A DNA stretch of 64,000 nt from an uncultured Candidatus Saccharibacteria bacterium (GTDB lineage: Bacteria; Patescibacteriota; Minisyncoccia; Phycocordibacterales; UBA918). The DNA is taken from NCBI GenBank assembly GCA_964570795.1, contig CAZMYZ010000001.1, forward strand, positions 42,722-106,721, written 5' to 3'. The notes under the pieces were generated by a model. The model was not told where the DNA came from. It made no database searches and saw only the letters and a program-made list of their open reading frames with translations. Positions 54,669 to 63,597 of this stretch are shown piece after piece. Both the position numbers and the translations under genes were made by a program. Each line of letters begins with the position of its first letter. Position 1 is the first letter of the stretch.

Positions 54669-55523
54669 ATGAATGAAGGTATTCCAATAGCACACAATGA
54701 AAGTGAATCACCGGAGCATGCATTCTTTCGTGAGATTGCAACATTACCGAGCGAGATTGCTCATAAATGGCTAAATGAATATGAAGACATGGATGAGTCA
54801 ACATCGGCATTTTTTGATCGATTTCAGTCTTTTTTAAGGATGAGACATGAGGCACTTAATAAAACTGTTGAAATGGAGGATGGTTTAAGTGATGAGCTGC
54901 GTAAAGAAGTCAACAGTGTCACCGATATTATAAGGAATACCTTCGGTGATATGAATTATTTTTTAGGAAATGGGTATACAGCGGAGGTGTATGAATTTCC
55001 CATTGCTCCACATTTGTGTGTTAAATATATCCACAATCAGGATGCATATAATGAGAATAATCACTTAAGAGTAGAATATGGATTTTTGGAGGAATTACGT
55101 ACGTTTACACATGGCGGTGTTCGTACACCTGTTCCATATTTTATTCGTATTCATCCGAGCGAGGGACATTCATATGGGATGGAGCGAATAATTGGAAAGA
55201 GCCTTTCGCAAATTCTTGAAAAACCTGAAGAAAATTTAGAGTTGGTGCTTATGGTGAAAAATATGAATAGAAAAGATGTAGAGGATAGATTGATTGGATA
55301 TGTCTCGGCGATATATGAACAATTTCATATCACACATGGAGATTTGTTTTTACGAAATATTATGCTTGATGAGAGTGGGGAATTCCGTGTTATAGATTTC
55401 GGGAAAGCAAAATATGAAGAATTGGGAGAGGATAATGAACGGTTTGCACGGGAAGATAAGGGGACCCTTACCTCAGAAATACGCACTTTTTTCGCAAAGA
55501 TTGACAAATTAGAAACAGTCTGA
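54669..55523 (+). CDS. atypical protein-kinase-like (PKL) fold protein (RIO/Bud32/Kdo-kinase-like HGD...DFG)
   Basis: 284 aa; FLGNGYTAEVYEF (Gly-rich loop region), HGDLFLRNIMLDESGEFRVIDFGKA (catalytic loop plus DFG); AT-rich gene next to tRNA-Val and repeat elements. Confidence 0.55.
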   Translation: MNEGIPIAHNESESPEHAFFREIATLPSEIAHKWLNEYEDMDESTSAFFDRFQSFLRMRHEALNKTVEMEDGLSDELRKEVNSVTDIIRNTFGDMNYFLGNGYTAEVYEFPIAPHLCVKYIHNQDAYNENNHLRVEYGFLEELRTFTHGGVRTPVPYFIRIHPSEGHSYGMERIIGKSLSQILEKPEENLELVLMVKNMNRKDVEDRLIGYVSAIYEQFHITHGDLFLRNIMLDESGEFRVIDFGKAKYEELGEDNERFAREDKGTLTSEIRTFFAKIDKLETV

Positions 55524-55559
55524 CATAATCTAAATTAGTTCATAATTATCGAGAGAGAA

Positions 55560-55745
55560 ATGGAAATAGCCCAATACATCATTGATGAAGCAAAAGAGGT
55601 GCTCTTGGAACATATTACGCTGCCGAAGCAACTGCAATCAGCGCCGGAATTTTATTTGGCCAATGCGGAAGATGCTGCGGTAAAAGCGTTTTATGGTTTC
55701 AAAGGAGGTGATGGAAAAGAATACAAAATTGGCGTTCTAAACTAG
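55560..55745 (+). CDS. hypothetical small protein
   Basis: 61 aa ORF directly downstream of the kinase-like gene, followed by a terminator. Confidence 0.35.
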   Translation: MEIAQYIIDEAKEVLLEHITLPKQLQSAPEFYLANAEDAAVKAFYGFKGGDGKEYKIGVLN

Positions 55746-55753
55746 TACGCTTT

Positions 55754-55786
55754 AAACCACCCAAAACACGGGTGGTTTACTTTTTA
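55754..55786 (+). terminator. rho-independent terminator
   Basis: AAACCACCC-AAAACAC-GGGTGGTTT-ACTTTTT. Confidence 0.6.
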
Positions 55787-55848
55787 CATTTGCGTGTTAT
55801 GGTTATTTCAGTCTCTGAATTGGTCAGAGTGTTCCAAGGAGAAAGTAG

Positions 55849-56106
55849 ATGTACAAGCAAGGCTTTGCTGTTTCTGTGGGGCAAGACGTCGTTCCGTCGG
55901 TCGCGGGTCGCATCTCCAATATGCTCCAAAAGCGCGTCGAAGATGCGGTGAACTACCGGCCGCTTACGGAAGGTGAAACACGTGGTATCGAGGGTATGCC
56001 CAACCATCTCATTGGTGCAATGGGGCGTCACAACTACCGCGACCATGTCGCTTCGACCACGGTCGGCCGCCAGGTGATTTTTATTCACGAGGTGCCGCAA
56101 TCCTGA
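55849..56106 (+). CDS. hypothetical small protein
   Basis: 85 aa ORF with a strong SD (AAGGAGAAAGTAG-ATG); preferred over the antisense ORF 55777..56139. Confidence 0.45.
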   Translation: MYKQGFAVSVGQDVVPSVAGRISNMLQKRVEDAVNYRPLTEGETRGIEGMPNHLIGAMGRHNYRDHVASTTVGRQVIFIHEVPQS

Positions 56107-56196
56107 GTTCTTCAATATCCCAAATCCCGGTGGCATCACATGCTGCCGGTTTTTTATTGCAAGAAAAGCGCGTATACTACGTCAGAATATATACAT

Positions 56197-57981
56197 ATGC
56201 ATACTGAAACGAAAGAAAAAGAAATACAACCGGCACTGAGTCGGCCATTTGCTTTTATGCGACATGTCTCGAGTGCTCATTCTGTGTGGTTCTTTTCGGT
56301 ACTTGCAGTGGTTTTTGTGGCACAGCTCGCAGGAACGAGTATTCCATATATTTTCAAGATGTTTATTGATACGGCGGGTATAATTGGGCGCGGCGAAGCC
56401 GCGCCCACGAGTATCTGGTTTGTAGTGATTCTTTTCCCACTTACGACTGCGTTTACATTTATTGCCTGGCGCATGAGTGGCTTTATTGGTATGGAGTGGG
56501 CGAGTCGCTCGAATGCTACGGCATACAAGACACTTTTCGGATACCTTGCGCATCATAGTCATTCATACTTTGCAGACCGCTTTGCAGGCTCGCTCTCGAG
56601 GAAGATAAGTCATGCAAGTGAGGGTGTGCAGTCACTTTTTGAGGCATTTATGTGGAGTTATGTACCTTCGATTCTCTCACTTATTATCACGGTAGGATAT
56701 ATTTGGTCGTCGAGCGTTACTATTGCAGGTATTTTCATTGGACTCATTGTACTTCTCGTGCCGCTCAACATCATGCTTGCGCGTTTTCGCCGCCCGCACG
56801 TGGTGGAGTTTTCCGCACAGGCAACGAAAGCACGTGGCTACGCCGTGGATGCCATTTCCAATATGGCCGCTATCCGCCAGTACGTGCGTATGGATGAGGA
56901 GAAGCGTGCTTTTGAAGCACATATCGACGAGATGCGTCGTCTTAATGTGAAGCAGTGGCGCATTAGCGAATGGGGACTTTTACTCAATAATGCCATCATC
57001 GTACTTTTTGAGGCGGCAATGCTCTATGTGTCGGTACATCTCTGGATGAGTACGCGGCTCACCACGGGTGAACTTATCATGATTGCCACACTCATGATGA
57101 ATGTGCAGAGTACGCTCGTCTTCATTGGTATGAGTATGAATGGCTTTATACGCCGCTATGCAGAAATACAAGAGGGTCTCTCAGACATCATAGTCCCCCA
57201 CGAGATACTTGATACTGAAAGGGCGAAATCTCTCGTTGTGCGCGAGGGAGCGATAGTCTGTGATCATGTACATTTCTCATATGGGAACGAGCCAGTCTTT
57301 AAAGACTTCTCACTCGCGATACGCTCGGGCGAGCGGGTGGGACTCGTGGGTACCAGTGGTGCAGGCAAGACTACACTTGTTTCACTTCTCCTTCGTCAGC
57401 ATGAAGTGCAGGAAGGAAGTATTAGTATCGATGGCCAAAATATCAGCATGATTACTCAAGACTCGCTTCGCGACCATATTGCTATCGTGCCGCAAGAGCC
57501 TCTCCTCTTCCATCGCTCCATACGCGAAAACATCGCCTATGGAAAGCCCGAAGCCACACAGGAGGAAATAGAAAGTGCTGCCGGAAAGGCGCAGGCACAT
57601 TTCTTTATTGAGTCACTCAGTGAAGGGTATAATACGCTCGTCGGCGAGCGAGGGGTGAAACTCTCTGGTGGTCAAAAGCAGCGTATTGCAATTGCACGCG
57701 CAATTTTAAAAAATGCACCGATTCTTATTCTCGATGAGGCTACAAGTGCGCTCGACAGTGAGAGCGAAGTAGCAATTCAAAAGGCATTACAGGAACTCAT
57801 GAAAGGGAAGACGGTGATTGCTATTGCACACCGTCTCTCAACACTGCGCGAGATGGATAGAATTGTGGTGCTTGAGAATGGTGTAATTGTGGAAGATGGT
57901 AATCACGAGTCACTCGCAAATGCAGGAGGTATCTACGCGCGACTCTGGGAACATCAGGCAGGAGGGTTTCTCGAGGAATAA
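56197..57981 (+). CDS. ABC transporter fused permease/ATPase (MsbA/multidrug-exporter type)
   Basis: 6-TM domain then an NBD with Walker A GTSGAGKTT, signature LSGGQKQRIAIARA and Walker B ILILDEATSALD; start taken at MHTETKEK. Confidence 0.85.
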   Translation: MHTETKEKEIQPALSRPFAFMRHVSSAHSVWFFSVLAVVFVAQLAGTSIPYIFKMFIDTAGIIGRGEAAPTSIWFVVILFPLTTAFTFIAWRMSGFIGMEWASRSNATAYKTLFGYLAHHSHSYFADRFAGSLSRKISHASEGVQSLFEAFMWSYVPSILSLIITVGYIWSSSVTIAGIFIGLIVLLVPLNIMLARFRRPHVVEFSAQATKARGYAVDAISNMAAIRQYVRMDEEKRAFEAHIDEMRRLNVKQWRISEWGLLLNNAIIVLFEAAMLYVSVHLWMSTRLTTGELIMIATLMMNVQSTLVFIGMSMNGFIRRYAEIQEGLSDIIVPHEILDTERAKSLVVREGAIVCDHVHFSYGNEPVFKDFSLAIRSGERVGLVGTSGAGKTTLVSLLLRQHEVQEGSISIDGQNISMITQDSLRDHIAIVPQEPLLFHRSIRENIAYGKPEATQEEIESAAGKAQAHFFIESLSEGYNTLVGERGVKLSGGQKQRIAIARAILKNAPILILDEATSALDSESEVAIQKALQELMKGKTVIAIAHRLSTLREMDRIVVLENGVIVEDGNHESLANAGGIYARLWEHQAGGFLEE

Positions 57982-58127
57982 TCATTGGGGATAAAGAAAT
58001 AAAAGCCGGTGCACCCAAAGAGTGCACCGGCTTTTATCACACCAAACTTCATGTATTTGCCATATACCATTTTGTGTGCTATAAAATCAGCTGAAGTTCC
58101 CATACAACCAAAAACAGGAGTATTCAA

Positions 58128-58493
58128 TTGAATCTTGAAAAGCAAAGACAGATTGCGTTAGCAATTATGAACGACGAGTTTGTACAGCACGGACGCAAGC
58201 CAGAGCATTTGCTCAAGGTGCTCGAACTTGCTTGGAAAGCAGGTATTCCGCACTCGGTCGCCGTTGATTTCGTAGAATCGTCGTGCAAACGCGACGATGT
58301 TGCGTTAGCAATCGTTCAGCAAATGTTTATCGAACGGAGCCTTGGGCCCAATCTCATGCAGAGAATCATTGATTCTGCTGAAAGGGCGGGCTTTTCGTAT
58401 CAAGATGCTCGTGACTTTTCGGAGGTGATTATCACCACTAAACTCGCAGAAACACTCGCTGCTGCATCGCCGGTCATCGAAACCTGCAATTAA
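58128..58493 (+). CDS. hypothetical protein
   Basis: 121 aa ORF followed by terminator 58515-58541 (AAACGGCT-GTAACA-AGCCGTTTT). Confidence 0.45.
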   Translation: MNLEKQRQIALAIMNDEFVQHGRKPEHLLKVLELAWKAGIPHSVAVDFVESSCKRDDVALAIVQQMFIERSLGPNLMQRIIDSAERAGFSYQDARDFSEVIITTKLAETLAAASPVIETCN

Positions 58494-58648
58494 AACCAGC
58501 ATCACCGAGTGATGAAAAAACGGCTGTAACAAGCCGTTTTATTATATTTTTACATCAAAATACTTGCATTATTATAAATATGTGCTATAATTTTATTAGT
58601 TAGTCAGATTTCTGACTATTCCCCCAAGTACATCACAGGAGATAAAAA

Positions 58649-58930
58649 ATGTACGCTGCAATTCCTGGAAAGACCAACATGCTTGCTGCCCGTATCGAAA
58701 TTGTTGTTGCACCGGTTGCCAAACCTGTGCAAAGGCCGGTTGTGCTTGCATCAATGCCTGTCCAGAAACTGGTTCGCGGCAATTTGCAGGCATCCAGCAA
58801 GGCTGGTCATGCTGAGTTCAGCCGCAAAGACTGTATCGGCAACTTCCGCAACTACGGCAAAGAACAGCGCGACCGTAAACATTCCAATCTCGGCCGCCGT
58901 GGACGTCGCGCCGTCATCATTTTCCACTGA
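58649..58930 (+). CDS. hypothetical basic small protein (GC-rich ORF)
   Basis: SD CACAGGAGATAAAAA-ATG; stop followed by terminator 58951-58981 (AGCCCTCG-TAAGTATCA-CGAGGGCT-TTTTTT); locally high GC; the alternative frame 58683..58997 reads through the terminator. Confidence 0.4.
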   Translation: MYAAIPGKTNMLAARIEIVVAPVAKPVQRPVVLASMPVQKLVRGNLQASSKAGHAEFSRKDCIGNFRNYGKEQRDRKHSNLGRRGRRAVIIFH

Positions 58931-59117
58931 GCAATCAGCGGAAACCCCAAGAGCCCTCGTAAGTATCACGAGGGCTTTTTTATTGGGTGAAAAGTGAGAA
59001 TGCGTGAGATGTGTCTGGCGCGGCCTTTGTCCGCGCCAGGTGCACCTCAAGTGATTGACATTTTATCCTTCTCACGTACGCTACAAAAAGATACAGTTCT
59101 ATAGGAGGTAATTCATA

Positions 59118-59603
59118 ATGTGTGTAAAAACATCTGCCTACATGCAGGCATTATTTGCAAGTACTGGAGCCGATGCACTCCCACCACCCGTATGGGGAAG
59201 TCGAGAACACCTCGACACACTCTGGGAAAATAGAGGTGATGAAATCATCTCTGTGCAGGGTACTGCAGGTCAGGCAATTGCAACACTCGACGAATGCAAA
59301 AAAACATTTAGCAAAAGGCCGTTGGTGCGAAGTTCTCGTGCAGAAAAGCCTTTTTGCTGCGCACTTGATTGGCTTCATGATGGATTCATGCTTCTGCATC
59401 CTGGGTATGACTTCAGTACTACAACGAGTGGAGTATTTGAGAAGTATGTTATTGAAGTGGCGATACTTTCGGGTATGCAAAAGGAGGTTATTGAGTCATA
59501 TGATCAAAAATTAACTGTCCTGCGCTACCGCGGCGCACTCGTATCGGCATTTATATCAATAAAAGTACATCTTGATTCACGTGAACGCGTTTCACTTCTG
59601 TAA
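59118..59603 (+). CDS. hypothetical protein
   Basis: 161 aa ORF with SD TAGGAGGTAATTCATA-ATG. Confidence 0.45.
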   Translation: MCVKTSAYMQALFASTGADALPPPVWGSREHLDTLWENRGDEIISVQGTAGQAIATLDECKKTFSKRPLVRSSRAEKPFCCALDWLHDGFMLLHPGYDFSTTTSGVFEKYVIEVAILSGMQKEVIESYDQKLTVLRYRGALVSAFISIKVHLDSRERVSLL

Positions 59604-59669
59604 GTTGCGACTCGTGCGTAACACACAAAAACCGCTCTCAGCAATGAGGCGGTTTTATTTTGTGTATGT

Positions 59670-60203
59670 CTACATTAGAGCCGTAAGTGCACGGAGTGTA
59701 TTCACATTACGGGTAGTCATGTGTTTGTATAGGGGTGTCCCCACAAATTTTTGCATACCACTCTTGCTATAGTCGCTCCGTACCACATGCCATACAATGG
59801 CTCCACCTATGTAGAGAAGTGTGTCTACGTCTGGATTGGTCTTTATTAAATCAAGACTCTTTTTAGAATCAAAATCTTCCCAGAGGAAAAGCACGTCTGT
59901 TTTCTCCCCTGTGCCATTTGTCCATTCTGGAGGGACCGCGGAGCAAATCTTTTTAATATCTACGCTCGTGCGTACCACTAAGTCTATTGAAAATCCAAAT
60001 GTGTTTGCAAGGTGTCCTGCAATGGTGGATGTGAGGATTGCAATATCAGTAGTGTTGGAATCAAAAATTACATTCCCCGAATTGATATATGTGGAGACAT
60101 TTTTATATCCCAAAGCCTCAAAGCATTGACGCAACTTCGCCATCTCCACCTTTTTATTTCCCCCCACATTTATTCCTCGTAGAAGCGCAACGTATGTTTG
60201 CAT
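59670..60203 (-). CDS. DUF1697-domain protein
   Basis: N-terminal MQTYVALLRGINVGGNKKVEMAKLRQCFEALG, the conserved DUF1697 motif. Confidence 0.7.
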   Translation of the reverse strand: MQTYVALLRGINVGGNKKVEMAKLRQCFEALGYKNVSTYINSGNVIFDSNTTDIAILTSTIAGHLANTFGFSIDLVVRTSVDIKKICSAVPPEWTNGTGEKTDVLFLWEDFDSKKSLDLIKTNPDVDTLLYIGGAIVWHVVRSDYSKSGMQKFVGTPLYKHMTTRNVNTLRALTALM

Positions 60204-60299
60204 AGGAATATGGTAGCACAGGGAAGACGCGCATGCGGGTAAAGACTTGCGAAGTGTCTAAAAGTGTGCTCTTATATAAATGCATAGTCAATTCAGATT

Positions 60300-60680
60300 A
60301 TGCGTACCCTCCACGTTTATGAGAGAACGAAGATGACTGCTCATTTGAACTGTGACCATCGTATTGCTGGTACCGTAAAGTTCGACGCTTCGGTGCCGAT
60401 AGAAAAACTCGTTGATTTTATCATCGAGATGAAGTCCAAAACCCCCGAACGTTGGGTCGACCTCCACATTCGCGGTGCGGGTAATGATGGGATACATTAT
60501 ATCGCGTTCCATTACATCCTCCCTGATGGTGAGATGAAGACTCACAAGAAAGTGGTGAATAGCCTTCTTCAGTACTTGCGCAACAAACTCGGCACTCGCC
60601 CCAAACAAGGTAAGAAAGCCGATCTTGTTCCTCAGGGAGTGATGGGGTGGAGCATCTCCACTGTGAAGGTCATGATTTGA
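60300..60680 (+). CDS. hypothetical protein
   Basis: 126 aa ORF followed by terminator 60693-60725 (CCCCGACAG-ACGCAAAA-CTGTCGGGG-TTTT); preferred over the antisense ORF 60288..60791. Confidence 0.45.
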   Translation: MRTLHVYERTKMTAHLNCDHRIAGTVKFDASVPIEKLVDFIIEMKSKTPERWVDLHIRGAGNDGIHYIAFHYILPDGEMKTHKKVVNSLLQYLRNKLGTRPKQGKKADLVPQGVMGWSISTVKVMI

Positions 60681-60834
60681 CCAGATGAAGGTACCCCGAC
60701 AGACGCAAAACTGTCGGGGTTTTACTATGTCTAGTTTTGAACTTTCTTTATGACAAATGAATAAATGGGGACAAATTTCCCAATAATACAATAATAGGTG
60801 CCAGGCACCAACATTGTGGAATTTATGTGTTGTA

Positions 60835-61172
60835 ATTTGTGGTCACGAGTTACTAACAATAATGAGTCGCTCCGCTCTCATTCTGGTAAGTACTCTCGAC
60901 CCCGCCTCGACTGTTGCAAAACAACATGTCTTCGTCTGTCATGATGGCATGCAAGCAAAGCAGGATGCTCTGTGGTCACAAGTTGCTAAGTAGAACTTGT
61001 ACTTTGTACAAATTCATACTAAGCACTTTTCGACCTCGGCTCGCGGTTCGTCGCCCTGTGAAGGGGCGACTCACAACGCTCCGCCCTCACAGCAGACCCG
61101 CAAGCAAAATTGTTTGCTTGCTAATACAAAAAACACCATGTTGTAACATGGTGTTTTTTGTATTGTCTGCTG
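60835..61172. repeat. tRNA-trailer repeat region (copy 2): tandem degenerate ~85-bp repeats plus two-hairpin terminator module abutting tRNA-Glu
   Basis: 60845-60925 (GTGGTCACGAGTTACTAAC...CTCTCGACCCCGCCTCGAC), a second partial copy 60965-61070 (GTGGTCACAAGTTGCTAAG...CGACCTCGGCTCGCGGTT); 61095-61172 is CACAGCAGAC-[GCAAGCAAA-ATT-GTTTGCTTGC]-[ACAAAAAACACCATGTT-GTAA-CATGGTGTTTTTTGT]-GTCTGCTGTG. Confidence 0.5.
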
Positions 61173-61244
61173 TGACCCCACGGAGAATCGAACTCCGATT
61201 TCCAGGATGAAAACCTGATGTCCTAACCGTTAGACGATGGGGCC
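61173..61244 (-). tRNA. tRNA-Glu (anticodon UUC)
   Basis: Acceptor GGCCCCA/TGGGGTC, D arm TCGTCTAACGGTTAGGACA, anticodon arm TCAGG-TTTTCAT-CCTGG, T arm CGGAG-TTCGATT-CTCCG; no CCA. Confidence 0.85.
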
Positions 61245-61462
61245 GGACGAAATTCTTTAATTTTGTCCGGCCCCATCGTCGATGACGAGGGGTGAGAAAG
61301 TCTGGGAGACTTTCGCAAGACCTTGCCTGATATTTTTTGAGGCAAAAAGCCGAAGAAAAATATCGACAAGGTGTACAGTCCCTGTAAGGGACAATATACT
61401 CCGAACCTCGCTATACTACCGAAAAATCAAAAAAAATGCTAGTTTTATAATTCATACACTCT

Positions 61463-61549
61463 GGAAGAGTGGCTGAGAGGTTGAAGGCACATGTCTCGAA
61501 AACATGCATGGGGGAAACCCCATCGGGGGTTCAAATCCCCCCTCTTCCG
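61463..61549 (+). tRNA. tRNA-Ser (anticodon CGA)
   Basis: Acceptor GGAAGAG/CTCTTCC, anticodon arm CATGT-CTCGAAA-ACATG, long variable arm, T arm GGGGG-TTCAAAT-CCCCC. Confidence 0.85.
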
Positions 61550-61556
61550 CTCGTAG

Positions 61557-61586
61557 AAAATACCGCCATTACGGCGGTTATTTTCT
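61557..61586 (+). terminator. rho-independent terminator after tRNA-Ser
   Basis: AAAATACCGCC-ATTAC-GGCGGTTATTTTC. Confidence 0.6.
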
Positions 61587-61697
61587 TGAGCGGAAGAGGA
61601 ACAAAGCACCTGCGTGCTTTGTGTGGGGATTTGAAAATGCAAAGTATATTTTCTGCTTTCATAATGCAGAAAATACTTTGCATCGGGCAGGTAATTC

Positions 61698-61830
61698 TTA
61701 TGAGCGTCAGCGTGAGAAGTGACTTGATGTCACTTCGCAAGACTCATTGAGGACTTTTGTGAATGAAATGAAACAAAAGACCCAATGAGTGGACAGTTCC
61801 TGTAAGGAATTAGAATTGGACGCCGAATCC
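61698..61830 (+). repeat. ~130-bp structured repeat, copy B
   Basis: See copy A (49478-49625); contains hairpin GAAGTGAC-TTGAT-GTCACTTC and the conserved CAAAAGACCCAATGAGTGGACAG block; also a palindrome GCAAAGTATATTTTCTGC...GCAGAAAATACTTTGC just upstream (61637-61680). Confidence 0.55.
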
Positions 61831-61903
61831 ACCCCCCCAATAAATAATTTATCAAAAACGCATATTCTCAAATCCCCCTATCACCCCATGCTATGATATA
61901 CGC

Positions 61904-62662
61904 ATGTTACGGAGTACTCGATTGAAAAGGGCAGAGGCACATATTAAGTCTGCGCATAAGCGCTCGCCGCTCTCCTCGTATCTCAAGGAGGTTATCTATG
62001 GTGCTGTTGATGGTATTATCACCACGTTTGCGGTTGTGGCGGGCTTTTCTGGTGCTGCACTTTCAAACGACACCACCACGCAACTTTCTTTTATGATGGT
62101 GCTTCTCTTCGGGCTCGCCAATCTCTTTGGGGATGGTGTTTCTATGGGTTTGGGAAATTTCCTCGCTGTACGCTCGGAGCAGGGACTTTATAAAAATCTT
62201 TGGAAGCGCGAGCAGAGTGAGTCGGTAGAAAACGGAAGTGTAGAAGCGAGAGAAACAAAACTCGCACTCATTGGAAAAGGTTTTTCCGAAGAAGATGCAC
62301 ATGCACTCACTGAAATATTTCGCAAAAACGAAGCATACTGGGTGGACTTTATTGTGAGTAATGAACTTAAGGTGGCAAACCCGATGGAGGAGAGTCCTGT
62401 GTATACGGGTGTTGCTACTTTCACTGCATTTATTTCATTTGGTATGGTGCCACTCGTGCCTTTTATGGTTATGGGCTCTATCGATCCCCATACGGTGTTT
62501 CAATTTTCTGCACTCGGTGCACTTCTTGCACTTATTATTTTAGGAATTGTGAAGTGGAGAGTGGTAGGTACACATCCTGTGTATTCAGTACTTGAGGTAG
62601 TGCTTGTGGGGAGTATGGCTGCATCAGTAGCATTTCTCATCGGTACATTTTTCAGTCTCTAG
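61904..62662 (+). CDS. VIT1/CCC1-family (DUF125) membrane protein, putative iron/manganese transporter
   Basis: VIYGAVDGIITTFAVVAGFSGA...LFGLANLFGDGVSMGLGNFLAV N-terminal block and C-terminal TM helices typical of the VIT family. Confidence 0.75.
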   Translation: MLRSTRLKRAEAHIKSAHKRSPLSSYLKEVIYGAVDGIITTFAVVAGFSGAALSNDTTTQLSFMMVLLFGLANLFGDGVSMGLGNFLAVRSEQGLYKNLWKREQSESVENGSVEARETKLALIGKGFSEEDAHALTEIFRKNEAYWVDFIVSNELKVANPMEESPVYTGVATFTAFISFGMVPLVPFMVMGSIDPHTVFQFSALGALLALIILGIVKWRVVGTHPVYSVLEVVLVGSMAASVAFLIGTFFSL

Positions 62663-62970
62663 ATAACTGCGTTGCACACAGGGTTGTGCATACACCTATA
62701 CACGCAGTTATCCACGTGGATATGCACAGAATGGCTTATATAAAGGCCGCTTTGCGGACTCAATTTTGATATTGACGGAGAGGAGTGAAAGAGAGACACT
62801 AGAAAGGTCTTTTGGATGTGGTGTTTTTCTTCACATATTTAGTGCTCGTCATAGAGTACGCGAAGGTCCAAGAGATAATGCTCTACGTTGTATTAAGAAA
62901 AACCACAGAAGCCGTTCTGTGGTTTTTCTATATCCTAAGTTATCCAATACAAGGCCGGACCTTGTATACA

Positions 62971-63597
62971 CTATGCAGGGAGTTGCACGATGTATCCAAT
63001 CCATTGAGCCTTATAGGGTCCTGCGGCGTGTTTAAACTTTTTTAGTATCTTCCAGCCACGATTTTTCATATACGCAATTTGTTCCTTTTCAGAAAGAAGG
63101 GTGAAGTGTCGAGGGTCATTCTGTGGGGTAATGGAGGGCGGTCTTTGTTCAGGAAGCACAAGGTATCCGTGTGCACCAGGTTTGGTGATTTTCTCAATGT
63201 TGCCACATGCTGTATCCCATTCAGAAAAGGGAAGGTGCATGATAATGGAACGTGCAAGAAATGCATCAAATTTTTTCTTGGGTAATGTGCTGTAGTCTGC
63301 AATATTTCCTTCGGTGAAGGAAAGTTGTGGGTATCGCTGCATCGCTATTTTGATAAATTTCTTCGCAATGTCGATACCATGGTATTTGAGACCTCTTCCT
63401 ATACCAAGAAAGAGCGGCACTAGGGTACCCGAAGCACATCCGATATCGATGACAGACGCTTTTGGTGGTAGGTACTGCATCAGTACACGAAATTCCTTTT
63501 CATCATGAAAAGAATCAGCATGTGTGCGTGCCCAAATGTCCGCATGCTTCTCGTAATATGCTCTCGTGTCGCGTACTTCCTTAGCGAGTTTTGACAT
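62971..63597 (-). CDS. class I SAM-dependent methyltransferase
   Basis: VIDIGCASGTL (motif I, GxGxG-like) and a Rossmann-fold layout; terminator hairpin AAAAACCACAGAA-GCCG-TTCTGTGGTTTTT at ~62898-62930. Confidence 0.7.
   Translation of the reverse strand: MSKLAKEVRDTRAYYEKHADIWARTHADSFHDEKEFRVLMQYLPPKASVIDIGCASGTLVPLFLGIGRGLKYHGIDIAKKFIKIAMQRYPQLSFTEGNIADYSTLPKKKFDAFLARSIIMHLPFSEWDTACGNIEKITKPGAHGYLVLPEQRPPSITPQNDPRHFTLLSEKEQIAYMKNRGWKILKKFKHAAGPYKAQWIGYIVQLPA

Noticed and set aside
52470-55523. Interpreting tsaD plus the HGD/DFG kinase as a bona fide bacterial KEOPS-like Kae1-Bud32 pair
   Set aside because: The genes are divergent and separated by another ORF, a tRNA and repeat elements, and kinase family assignment from motifs alone is ambiguous. 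Kept only as a low-confidence idea inside a finding.
55777-56139. 120-aa minus-strand ORF antisense to the 55849..56106 ORF
   Set aside because: The plus ORF has a near-consensus SD. The minus ORF has none and overlaps the ABC transporter upstream region.
58683-58997. Alternative 104-aa ORF overlapping the 58649..58930 ORF in another frame
   Set aside because: It lacks an SD and reads straight through the intrinsic terminator hairpin at 58951-58981. The 58649 frame has an SD and stops just before the terminator.
60288-60791. 167-aa minus-strand ORF overlapping the 60300..60680 plus ORF
   Set aside because: The terminator at 60693-60725 is oriented for the plus-strand gene and sits inside the minus ORF. 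The minus ORF is retained only as a possible alternative.
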